The position numbers and the translations under genes were made by a program. DNA of 64,000 nucleotides from a virus: the IMG/VR virus record IMGVR_UViG_3300018915_000002, one strand, 5' to 3'. Positions 56,558 through 64,000 of the stretch are shown piece by piece (position 1 is the first letter of the stretch; every line of letters starts with the position of its first letter). The notes under the pieces are model-generated. The model did not search any database. It saw only the letters and a program-made list of their open reading frames with translations, and was not told the origin of the DNA.

Positions 56558-57682
56558 TTAATCAAATTCAACATCGCCCCACTCCTCCTCCTCCAGTTCA
56601 TCATCGGCTTTCACTATCCCGTCCACGAGCTTCTTCCCTTGGGTTATAGCGCCAACAATCCCCAACCCCACCAGTTGAGCCATCGTTTCTGCAACGACCT
56701 GCATTTTTATAATGTCCTTGAATTTTGGCTTCCCTTCTTCATATAAGGAGTGAACCAATTCCACACTGGGTGCAACCGACTGTGCTGTTTTGACTGCCGC
56801 TCGGTTCTTCAATGCTCGTAGTTGAACCCAAGCTGTTTCCAGAGTGATTCCTGTTGCCAAATTCACAGCAAAATCAATTCCCAGTCGCGCCCAGAAGTTC
56901 TCAACACCTGCTTCGTCAGCAATCTTGTTAGATATGAAGTAACTCAATTGCCCAATCGCCGCGAAGGTCAGTATGGTACTTAGTCGCTGGCGCAGAAGTA
57001 ACCCGATCGCAATCTCCGGAGTCAATACGGCAGCCAGATAAATCCCAATCGGAATAGCCGTCGCCGTGAGCTTCCCTAATTTCTTGATGAGTTCAGACTC
57101 ACTTTGAACATTGTTAAGATCGTCAATTAATTTGTTGTAGCGGTATCCAGTCAGTTCAAAAGCCCGTTGAAAATCTTTGATTAGTTCCTTTGGCTCACGC
57201 CCATCCTTAAGACCCTTCAGGTCATCAGCAATATCCTTGAACGGATCTGGCTTGATTGCGTTGGGCAAACCGGGGTTAATTTCCCCGTACATATCGGCAA
57301 GTTTATCCCTTGTCTTCTGAGCATCGATGCCGAACATTCTGTCAGTGAGCTTATCGGCAAACTCTGGGTCTTTGTTGGCTATCTTCTCCAGTCCCTTGGC
57401 TGTAAGTTTAAGAAGCTCTGAATTGACCTTGAGCTTTGCTGCCTCTGGGTCACGCATTGCCTCCCGTAGTATCTGCTTAACGGTGGAGGTCTTACTACTG
57501 ACTTCTTCTATGTTTTGGCTGATTGCACTCCTTGTCGCCGAGGCTTTCGACGCAAACTTTCCCCCCTCATCCCGCAGGACAGAATCCACATTCACAAGCC
57601 ATTGAGCCCCAAACTCCTTAACAAGCGCCTGAAGTAGAACTGAATTAAGTTGGGCTTGAAGGACGGTGTAGGGATTGAGCAT
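56558..57682 (-). CDS. Leader-family effector A: shared N-terminal leader, helical body, hydrophobic C-terminal region
   Basis: N-terminus MLNPY..LQAQ...W...VLRDEGGKFAS; hydrophobic helices at about aa 210-290 and 335-345. Confidence 0.6.
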   Translation of the reverse strand: MLNPYTVLQAQLNSVLLQALVKEFGAQWLVNVDSVLRDEGGKFASKASATRSAISQNIEEVSSKTSTVKQILREAMRDPEAAKLKVNSELLKLTAKGLEKIANKDPEFADKLTDRMFGIDAQKTRDKLADMYGEINPGLPNAIKPDPFKDIADDLKGLKDGREPKELIKDFQRAFELTGYRYNKLIDDLNNVQSESELIKKLGKLTATAIPIGIYLAAVLTPEIAIGLLLRQRLSTILTFAAIGQLSYFISNKIADEAGVENFWARLGIDFAVNLATGITLETAWVQLRALKNRAAVKTAQSVAPSVELVHSLYEEGKPKFKDIIKMQVVAETMAQLVGLGIVGAITQGKKLVDGIVKADDELEEEEWGDVEFD

Positions 57683-57685
57683 GGT

Positions 57686-57898
57686 TTAAACGTCAACAAC
57701 TTCGGCAAACACCTGCGATCGCAGTCTTTGGGGCAGGCTTTCAACAAACCCCTCTAGGGAACCTGTCTTATCTGTCTTCCTTAGGCTTGCGACCAACCGC
57801 TCAATACGCTTCCCTCCCTCAATCTTAAGCTCTCCTCCCTCCACGTAAACTGCTCCGATTTGCTCTTCCAGCTTATAAACAAGTGCTTTTCGCATCAC
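57686..57898 (-). CDS. Small protein, candidate immunity for the kinase effector
   Basis: 70 aa with ATGA overlap with the kinase stop codon. Confidence 0.5.
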   Translation of the reverse strand: MMRKALVYKLEEQIGAVYVEGGELKIEGGKRIERLVASLRKTDKTGSLEGFVESLPQRLRSQVFAEVVDV

Positions 57899-58773
57899 AT
57901 CATCTGACTTACGGCTTGCCCAATATCAGGGGAAGATGCCACCACTTTCAATGCATCGAGCCGACCTTTTACGGTTCTCGTGTAAAGTGCCACTAGATCG
58001 TCATCCTTAACTGTTTTGGTGATTGCCTCCAGAATCTTATCTTCCTTATCAATTACAGATTGAATATCTTCCCTGGATATCTTACTCCCTATGTTTCGGA
58101 AAGCGTCGGCAAGTTCCCCTTCAAATCCAGCAAGACTGGAAAAGGTCGCTTCATGATCAGCAAGCTTCAATCCCTGCTTGGTGATATAGAAGTTGCCTTC
58201 GTTGCGATCTCCATTGGCGATTACAAAGTCGAATAGTCCTAGTTTAGTTATTTCTTTCTCGTTCAATAATCCAGTTAATGGAGTATCAACTTCAAACAGG
58301 TTTTCTCCTTCGACAAAAGGACTTACCGAGTAATCTCGTCTCTTGATTTCCAAGTGTTTTGCAGGAATAACATAGTCATTGATACCCATCACCCTGGAAA
58401 TCTCAGTAGACAATTCCTCCTTGATTGCCGCATCCTCAAAAAAAGCGTTGTCACGCCTTTTTAAAAAGTACTTCTGATTGTCAATCTCTGTTGTGTAATA
58501 CCTGCTAGACCCCGCTGTTGTTTTAAGAGGGGTGAGGGTAGCTTCTTCAAACTGACCAACACTAGGGAATGCAAATCCCCTTGGAGTCCTAGCCTTGGCA
58601 CTTGGTCGAGGCGCAGTGATGCGCTTACTCGCTTCAGAGGCAAACTGCCCGGATTCATCCCTTAACACCACCCTTTGGGCTTTCTTATACCACGGGGCAG
58701 GGTAGCGAACAAGGGCAGCCTGCAATAAAGCAAGCTGGCACTGAGCTTGAATTAGGTCGTAAGGGTTCAACAT
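57895..58773 (-). CDS. Leader-family effector B: HipA/PI3-PI4-kinase-like kinase domain
   Basis: Start moved to MLNPY at 58773. Motifs YFLKR, KEELSTEISRVMG, catalytic FDFVIANGDRNEGNF and LKLADHEATF. Confidence 0.8.
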   Translation of the reverse strand: MLNPYDLIQAQCQLALLQAALVRYPAPWYKKAQRVVLRDESGQFASEASKRITAPRPSAKARTPRGFAFPSVGQFEEATLTPLKTTAGSSRYYTTEIDNQKYFLKRRDNAFFEDAAIKEELSTEISRVMGINDYVIPAKHLEIKRRDYSVSPFVEGENLFEVDTPLTGLLNEKEITKLGLFDFVIANGDRNEGNFYITKQGLKLADHEATFSSLAGFEGELADAFRNIGSKISREDIQSVIDKEDKILEAITKTVKDDDLVALYTRTVKGRLDALKVVASSPDIGQAVSQMM

Positions 58774-58789
58774 AAAACAATTATCCGCA

Positions 58790-58832
58790 AAAATAAAAAA
58801 CCCACCAACTTTTGCTGTTGGCGGGTTTTTCC
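58790..58832. terminator. Intrinsic terminator
   Basis: aaaaaacccaccaac-ttttgct-gttggcgggtttttt. Confidence 0.75.
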
Positions 58833-58844
58833 GTATGCACTCCA

Positions 58845-59108
58845 TCAATCCTTAAGAATCTGGAGTGCAGCGTTTTTATGTTCCTGAAACCGTTCATTTT
58901 TTAGACTCTCTATAAAGGGGACAGCTTGTTTTAGTTCCAGGGCTTGAGCAAGCCACAAGGTACTTCGCAGGTACTTACCTTCTTTCAAACAGTCTAAGAC
59001 TACCTGCACTCCGGCTTCTCCTTCCTTCTGGACGGCTGCAAGCAAGTCAGCCGCAGCCTCTCGGTCGTCGGTTTCGTCCATGAAACCGATGAATTCTTTT
59101 AATTCCAT
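58845..59108 (-). CDS. Small helical protein, candidate immunity for the EndoU effector
   Basis: 87 aa, HEAT-like helices, starting 4 nt after the EndoU stop. Confidence 0.5.
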   Translation of the reverse strand: MELKEFIGFMDETDDREAAADLLAAVQKEGEAGVQVVLDCLKEGKYLRSTLWLAQALELKQAVPFIESLKNERFQEHKNAALQILKD

Positions 59109-59112
59109 AATA

Positions 59113-59766
59113 TTAAAATACTGGGTAACTTGTTACAATTTTATCATTTTTTAAGCAAACACGCAACCTTACGCCCTCGTGAACACCTTCCACAAACTGG
59201 CGATCGCCATATCCCAGTACCTTATTATTCTGAACAACATCCTCAATTGCATCCATGATTTTGTCGTTGTTCCACCTTTCTGGAAACAAGGTTTTACGGT
59301 TCTCTGGAATACGACCATCCGGATAAGCTTTCATCGCCCCTGGAGGTAGTTCAATTTCCATCACTCCATTCTTCTGCTTGCGGAGGACATCATATTCATA
59401 GCCATAAATATTACAGAACGTGTCAGCCGCCTGCTTGGTGTGCATCCCGCCTCGTAGCTGGTTGTTTTCAATATCACCCTGAAATATATGTTTAATATTG
59501 ACTGGGTAGCCTGCGACACTTGTTTTCGTCGTTGGTCTCTTCACGGGTTTATTCGACGAGCTGGGGGAAGGGGTTTCGGCTAATTGTTGATTGGGTTTGA
59601 CGGGTTTCTGAAAAGCTTTATTGGCAGATTCTGAGACGGGAGAGGCAAACCTACCACCTTCTCGATAAACGGTTTGGGTCTCTTTCAGCCACTTGGCGGT
59701 ATAGGCAGTGGCAGCTAGTTGAAGAGTGTGAAGTTGGGCTAGGGCAACCTGGTAGGGGTCAAACAT
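59113..59766 (-). CDS. Leader-family effector C: bacterial EndoU ribonuclease toxin domain
   Basis: KHIFQGD...GGMH (two catalytic His), KTLFPERWNNDKIMDAI and C-terminal GVRLRVCLKNDKIVTSYP. Start moved to MFDPY. Confidence 0.85.
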   Translation of the reverse strand: MFDPYQVALAQLHTLQLAATAYTAKWLKETQTVYREGGRFASPVSESANKAFQKPVKPNQQLAETPSPSSSNKPVKRPTTKTSVAGYPVNIKHIFQGDIENNQLRGGMHTKQAADTFCNIYGYEYDVLRKQKNGVMEIELPPGAMKAYPDGRIPENRKTLFPERWNNDKIMDAIEDVVQNNKVLGYGDRQFVEGVHEGVRLRVCLKNDKIVTSYPVF

Positions 59767-59793
59767 ATTGGTCACGGAGTTCCGTGGTAGTGA

Positions 59794-60321
59794 TTAATGC
59801 AGTTCTCGCAAGATTTCTCGCCACATCATTTTATCCTTCTGGTCAAATAAGGTTTTGGCAAAATCATTGAGGAGAGTGTTGAGATCACGATCATCACCAC
59901 TCGCTTCGGCGATCGCTTTTTGGATTACTGCGATCGCTGCCATAGTCGGTATCGGATCTTCTGTTAACTGCTTACTTTCGGCTAAGGCACGAACTTGGAG
60001 ATCGTAATCGCCGGACTTGAGTGCCTCATAGAGCTTATCTGTCGTCTGTTCAAATACTCCCTTCCCTTCATCGAGCCGATTTCTCACCTGCTCCTTAGCT
60101 GAGGCTTGTCCAGGAGATCTGAGGATACGAGCCGCTTGCTCTTGGGTATCACTATCGAGTCCGTGATTCTTCTTGATAATGTCACGACGGGCAGTTGCCG
60201 TTTTGAGCTTTTGGGCGGTTGTAGGAGCAAATTGCCCTAGCTTATCGCGTTCATACGTGCGTTCTAGCTGGAGAAAGGTGGCAATGAGTTGAGACTTGAG
60301 GAGGGCAATTGCAGTTTGCAT
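59794..60321 (-). CDS. Leader-family protein D (short leader, helical body)
   Basis: SQL..FLQL..YERDKLGQFAP shares the RDxxGxFA motif. Confidence 0.55.
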   Translation of the reverse strand: MQTAIALLKSQLIATFLQLERTYERDKLGQFAPTTAQKLKTATARRDIIKKNHGLDSDTQEQAARILRSPGQASAKEQVRNRLDEGKGVFEQTTDKLYEALKSGDYDLQVRALAESKQLTEDPIPTMAAIAVIQKAIAEASGDDRDLNTLLNDFAKTLFDQKDKMMWREILRELH

Positions 60322-60365
60322 ATACCGTTATAATATTTATCAATGCATTTCAATGAAGTAAAACC

Positions 60366-60995
60366 ATGAACCTCTTGAGGTTTTCTGTCTCCATCAAGCC
60401 TGAGCTTCTAGAGAAACGGCAAGGCAAGAAGTCTTACGCCAATTTTATTCATATTTTCCCCGACAACAAAATCCCCGTATGTGAAGCTGTTCCTGTTTTT
60501 GTTGTCCCTCCCAATGAAGCCGTAGCAAGTGGGCTTTGTCCAGAAGACTATCTAGGTTTCCGCCTAGATACTTCTCGTTTAACCCCTGAACAGTATCTAA
60601 CGCTCTACAAGTTATTTTTTGGCGACAAAACAGAGGAGGAACTAGGTTCGGGATTCGGCAACCAAGGCAACCCATTGCGGATAGTTCGCATTAACTTTAG
60701 GGATGTTCTAGCTGTTTTTACGGAAGAAGTAGCGGAACCCCTTGAAAACACACTCAAGTTAGATAGCAGAGGATTTACCTTTGGCGACCTCGAATGCCGT
60801 CACGGTGCCCTTTGCCGCATCCAAGAAAGTGCATCAGGAACAGAAGAGGCTATTTGGTTAATCGCCCACCCCGATTCCCCTGAACGTACTTCTGTGGAGC
60901 TAACACGATTCAATGCTGCTCAGCTAGCTGTTTGGTTACATCATTTTGCCCTAACAGGAGAACTTCCAGTCCCTAATCCAGGCGATCGCACATGA
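60366..60995 (+). CDS. Hypothetical protein
   Basis: 209 aa; promoter and leader upstream. Confidence 0.7.
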   Translation: MNLLRFSVSIKPELLEKRQGKKSYANFIHIFPDNKIPVCEAVPVFVVPPNEAVASGLCPEDYLGFRLDTSRLTPEQYLTLYKLFFGDKTEEELGSGFGNQGNPLRIVRINFRDVLAVFTEEVAEPLENTLKLDSRGFTFGDLECRHGALCRIQESASGTEEAIWLIAHPDSPERTSVELTRFNAAQLAVWLHHFALTGELPVPNPGDRT

Positions 60996-61080
60996 CCGAG
61001 CAAGCAGAATTACAAGACTTCTTCTCTTCGCTCTGTTTCAATAAGATACGAATAAGAGTACTAGCAAAAGATGGCTACCT

Positions 61081-61377
61081 ATGAATACTAGAAGATCGCA
61101 AGAGGATTACGACAAGTTAGTTGCAGGTATAGACTGGGGGAAAATCAACAAACAATTAAATACCCACTACAGCTTGCCCGACAACGGAGATGAGTTGCGT
61201 GTAGAGAAGTCAGAGCGCGAATACTACTACAACATGATTTGCTGGAATCCAGTCACTAAAGCAGAAAATCGACAAGAATTCTTTGTTGATTCTGACGGGA
61301 ATTTCTGCTCACTAAACTGTGCATGGGTTCCGGCAGCTTTGCGTTTTGCTGGATTGATCAAAGAAAAGAGTGACTGA
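61081..61377 (+). CDS. Hypothetical protein
   Basis: 98-aa ORF in a co-oriented run. Confidence 0.6.
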   Translation: MNTRRSQEDYDKLVAGIDWGKINKQLNTHYSLPDNGDELRVEKSEREYYYNMICWNPVTKAENRQEFFVDSDGNFCSLNCAWVPAALRFAGLIKEKSD

Positions 61378-61419
61378 ACACAGATCAACTTAGACCCATA
61401 ATACTTCGTTGCAATTCAA

Positions 61420-61815
61420 ATGAACACAGAAAATAAAGTCAAAGCTCCCCTTAATAAGGGGGACTACAACAAATTCTGGTATGCCAATTGCGGCTTCTGC
61501 TCAAAGAGTCCACATCGAAACGGTACTTGCGAGATCCAAAATCAGTTGTGTTATGCAAATGCTTCCCTATACGGAGTGAACGATGAATGCCCTCCCAGTC
61601 CAGAGCTTTCTTTTCTCTTGGGAGAAGGTTTTATCCCACAGGATATTGCTAATCGACTAGGTTTGGACGAATCAAGCGTTCACATCCCTGAAGACTGCCC
61701 TGAACAGGAAGTTGTGTTCCAAGGACAGCATGAACGCGAGGTTGGAATGACGGCAGAGAAGTTAGAGGCAATGGCAGATGAGTATGAACGCAAAAGAGGA
61801 AGAGATCCAATATGA
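61420..61815 (+). CDS. Hypothetical Cys-rich protein
   Basis: CGFC...C...C...C pattern; ATGA-coupled to the next gene. Confidence 0.6.
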   Translation: MNTENKVKAPLNKGDYNKFWYANCGFCSKSPHRNGTCEIQNQLCYANASLYGVNDECPPSPELSFLLGEGFIPQDIANRLGLDESSVHIPEDCPEQEVVFQGQHEREVGMTAEKLEAMADEYERKRGRDPI

Positions 61816-62003
61816 AAGTTAAGGTCAAATTTTGGGTTGAACTTGGAAGCGCCACTGTCGAGCAATTTGTTGATGTCGAGCTTCCAGAAAACTACACTGA
61901 GCAAGACATGAGGACAGAGTACGAAAGCTGGGTCTGGGATCAAATAACAGGTGCATGGGAAGTTCTGGAAGAAAAAACTCAAGGGAAGAGCGATCGCACA
62001 TGA
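61812..62003 (+). CDS. Small acidic phage-type protein
   Basis: 63 aa, coupled to both neighbours. Confidence 0.6.
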   Translation: MKVKVKFWVELGSATVEQFVDVELPENYTEQDMRTEYESWVWDQITGAWEVLEEKTQGKSDRT

Positions 62004-62413
62004 CCGAGCAAAAAGAATTAGATTTCCTCTCTTCACTCGAAGTCGGGGACGAAGTAGCCTTTGGCAAGCAAGTCTACAGAGGGACTGAGTTGGAACCCCA
62101 TTTCCAATTCACTACCGTAGCGAAAATCACCCCATCGGGTTTAATCAAGACGAAGTGCGGGAAAACTTTCAACCCAGACGGACGTATACGAGGGGAGAAG
62201 TATTGCGCCTTAGTATCTCCCGAAGTTGCCAGAGCAGCACAACAAGAGTACAAGCAGGAACAACAAGCCAAGAAAGATGAGGCGCGTAAAGAACTTCATC
62301 AGTTGGTTGATCAAATAGAAAACTTGTATTACCTGGAGCGCTACGTCCGCACCATCAAATCAGAGTTGCAAAACCTTAAGGTAGTGCGATCAAGTGATGG
62401 AAGAATCTATTAA
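62000..62413 (+). CDS. Hypothetical phage-type protein
   Basis: Start moved to MTEQKEL (ATGA overlap); LEVGDEV...VAKITPSGLI...FNPDG pattern. Confidence 0.65.
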   Translation: MTEQKELDFLSSLEVGDEVAFGKQVYRGTELEPHFQFTTVAKITPSGLIKTKCGKTFNPDGRIRGEKYCALVSPEVARAAQQEYKQEQQAKKDEARKELHQLVDQIENLYYLERYVRTIKSELQNLKVVRSSDGRIY

Positions 62414-62648
62414 AACAGAGCAACTGATGCGCTTCCTGAAGCTGGAAGAAGAGCTTCAGCGCTATCAGAATGGGAATAGCAGGATAGAGTACCAAGTTCT
62501 AGTTAGGTTTCTGCATGGCACCCATGAAGACAGAGAACGCGACATCACAAGGCTTGAGAGTTGGCTCAACAGGTCATGGAGAACTGGGAGAAAACCCAGT
62601 GAAATTCCCTATTCGGAATTGGTCAAGAGGAGGAAGTCCCAGAGGTAA
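62394..62648 (+). CDS. Hypothetical protein
   Basis: 84-aa ORF. Confidence 0.5.
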   Translation: MMEESIKTEQLMRFLKLEEELQRYQNGNSRIEYQVLVRFLHGTHEDRERDITRLESWLNRSWRTGRKPSEIPYSELVKRRKSQR

Positions 62649-62695
62649 AATATCGTTATCGTTTAGCACAGAAATCCGTAACAGAGGTAAAGCCA

Positions 62696-63064
62696 ATGAA
62701 CCAGCCTGCCGCAGAGGATGCAAGGTCGTTTTCCACCAAAGGAGCAACTCAGTCACTTATCAATTCCATTAGAAATGGTGCTGAACTTCTTCATGTCTCA
62801 GGAATTTGCACTAATTTATATGGCTTCTGGCTAACCGAGGGAATCCCAGAAGAAGACCTTCAGCCAGTGGTTAAGTTTTTAGTTCGCATGAACGAATTAG
62901 AACAAATTGGGGTTCGGGCAAAACAAGACGATACGCTCATGGAGATGGATAAAGAAAAGAAATTTCTTGAAAAAGAGTCGAAGCTCACTGTCTATCAGGC
63001 GATCGGTCATCTAGTTAAACTTGTGCAGCCACTCACAGAGACAGTGGGATTGACTAGCAATTAA
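62696..63064 (+). CDS. Hypothetical protein
   Basis: 122 aa with a GAGG SD; palindrome 4 nt after the stop. Confidence 0.6.
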   Translation: MNQPAAEDARSFSTKGATQSLINSIRNGAELLHVSGICTNLYGFWLTEGIPEEDLQPVVKFLVRMNELEQIGVRAKQDDTLMEMDKEKKFLEKESKLTVYQAIGHLVKLVQPLTETVGLTSN

Positions 63065-63181
63065 CCGCCACGGAGTTCCGTGGTCAACAAAAACAAAAAA
63101 ACAATCCAAAAGGGGTAGACTAAGGTCAATCTTAAAAAAGGTCTTCAGCCGCTCACGTAACCCGTGGGCGGCTTTTTGCGT

Positions 63182-64000
63182 ATGGATGAGTTTTACGGGT
63201 TGCAGGCTCAATTTGAATTTGTCGTTGACCCCCAAACCAAGACAAGCATGGGTTGGGTGCGATCGCAGTTGGGTGGTATTGAGACTGACGTAGAGTCCTT
63301 GTCTAGAACACTGGGGCGCAACAATATCGCTTCCCAATTCACTACCGAAGCAAGTCAAGTCCAACGTGCCACTCGTCGCACGACCAAGGCTGTTGACCAG
63401 ATGAGCGACACCCTAAAGGTGGCGGCGAAATCTATTGACCCTTTGAAGCGAGAGTTTCGTGCCTTACGGGCGGAATCTCGAAATATTGAATTTGGAGAAC
63501 TCACTGACCCTGAGCAATTCCAAAGAGCATCTCGTGAAATCAAACAATATGTATCTGCACTCAAAGCCCTAGAGACTCAAATCACGGGCAATACAACGGC
63601 TGAGCGTGAATTTGGTGCGACCCTTAAACGCCAACAGAGTATTGCGGAGACTCGAATTGATCTTGCCCACGCCGAGCGCCGAGCTGCGATCGCCTCTCAG
63701 AACCTAGGTAGCGCTCAAGCGCTCCAGGGGGGAGGGCAATCTATTTTAAGGAATCTAACGGAACCAATTGAGGCTGCCAAAGAGCTACAGCAAGGGCTAG
63801 GGACAATCAAAAAACTGGCAGGAGATATTAGTGATCGTGGACTAGTTGAAATTAAAAACAATATCCTGAACTTGTCAGCAGCGATGGGTGTTGCTGATAC
63901 TCAGATTAGCTCTGTATTTGAAGATCTAGCTGGGGCTGGAAAGGACTTTTCGGATGCTATTGACCCCAAGACGGGAAAACGGGCAATTGAGAACCGAATA
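63182..64000 (+). CDS. Phage tail tape-measure protein, N-terminal part (runs off the window)
   Basis: Hand-translated open frame of 273 codons, absent from the ORF track: MDEFYGLQAQFEFVVD...helical Ala/Gln-rich...PIEAAKELQQGLGTIKKLAG..., resembling the start of a tape-measure core. Confidence 0.8.
   Translation, partial: MDEFYGLQAQFEFVVDPQTKTSMGWVRSQLGGIETDVESLSRTLGRNNIASQFTTEASQVQRATRRTTKAVDQMSDTLKVAAKSIDPLKREFRALRAESRNIEFGELTDPEQFQRASREIKQYVSALKALETQITGNTTAEREFGATLKRQQSIAETRIDLAHAERRAAIASQNLGSAQALQGGGQSILRNLTEPIEAAKELQQGLGTIKKLAGDISDRGLVEIKNNILNLSAAMGVADTQISSVFEDLAGAGKDFSDAIDPKTGKRAIENRI

Larger units (their letters stand above)
1332..63082. repeat. Dispersed 14-bp palindrome CACGGA-NN-TCCGTG (26 perfect-arm copies plus 2 single-mismatch copies)
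   Basis: Starts at 1332, 2335, 4844, 7689, 9243, 15307, 18106, 19057, 21709, 22509, 23654, 28562, 30022, 30888, 32892, 35480, 38166, 39680, 43879, 45697, 47517, 50616, 52231, 56525, 59773, 63069. Variants at 26926 and 51269. Confidence 0.97.

Noticed and set aside
59131-59139. TGTTACAAT antisense to the 3' end of the EndoU gene (possible antisense promoter)
   Set aside because: The opposite strand encodes IVT of the conserved EndoU C-terminal IVTxYP motif, so the match is explained by protein constraint.
1332-63082. CRISPR array interpretation of the CACGGA-NN-TCCGTG repeats
   Set aside because: The repeats are 14 bp, separated by 0.65-6 kb of genes rather than 30-40 bp spacers, and no cas genes are present.

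Overview
This 64 kb window looks like part of a large temperate cyanophage or phage-plasmid, probably with a contractile tail. Host signal: about 60 HIP1 (GCGATCGC) octamers by eye count. Phage signals: gp25-like and gp26-like baseplate genes and the start of a tape-measure gene. Plasmid-like signal: ParA with a small partner. Most of the window is an accessory region of short hypothetical genes, many built as promoter (TGTTAYAAT) + leader (AAGCAAAAYCATG) + gene + terminator cassettes. Recognisable cargo: tyrosine recombinase, thermonuclease, RadC/JAB, HNH nuclease, a clan GH-A glycoside hydrolase, DndD, a DGQHR/DndB-family protein, SAM methyltransferases, a Dam-family methylase, a PAPS-reductase-family protein, a GHKL ATPase and two IS200/IS605 tnpB elements. 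The most unusual signals are: (1) 28 dispersed copies of a 14-bp palindrome CACGGA-NN-TCCGTG, about one per 2.3 kb, mostly just past stop codons; (2) four tandem genes sharing an N-terminal leader but with swapped C-terminal domains (EndoU nuclease, HipA/PI3K-like kinase, membrane domain), two of them followed by small immunity-like genes; (3) a ~620-nt ORF-free, hairpin-rich unit between a promoter and a terminator (candidate large ncRNA); (4) three divergent sliding-clamp-like paralogs, one fused in frame to a phosphorothioation-associated methyltransferase; (5) a perfect 42-bp palindrome. All family calls come from motif recognition by eye; no database searches were run.
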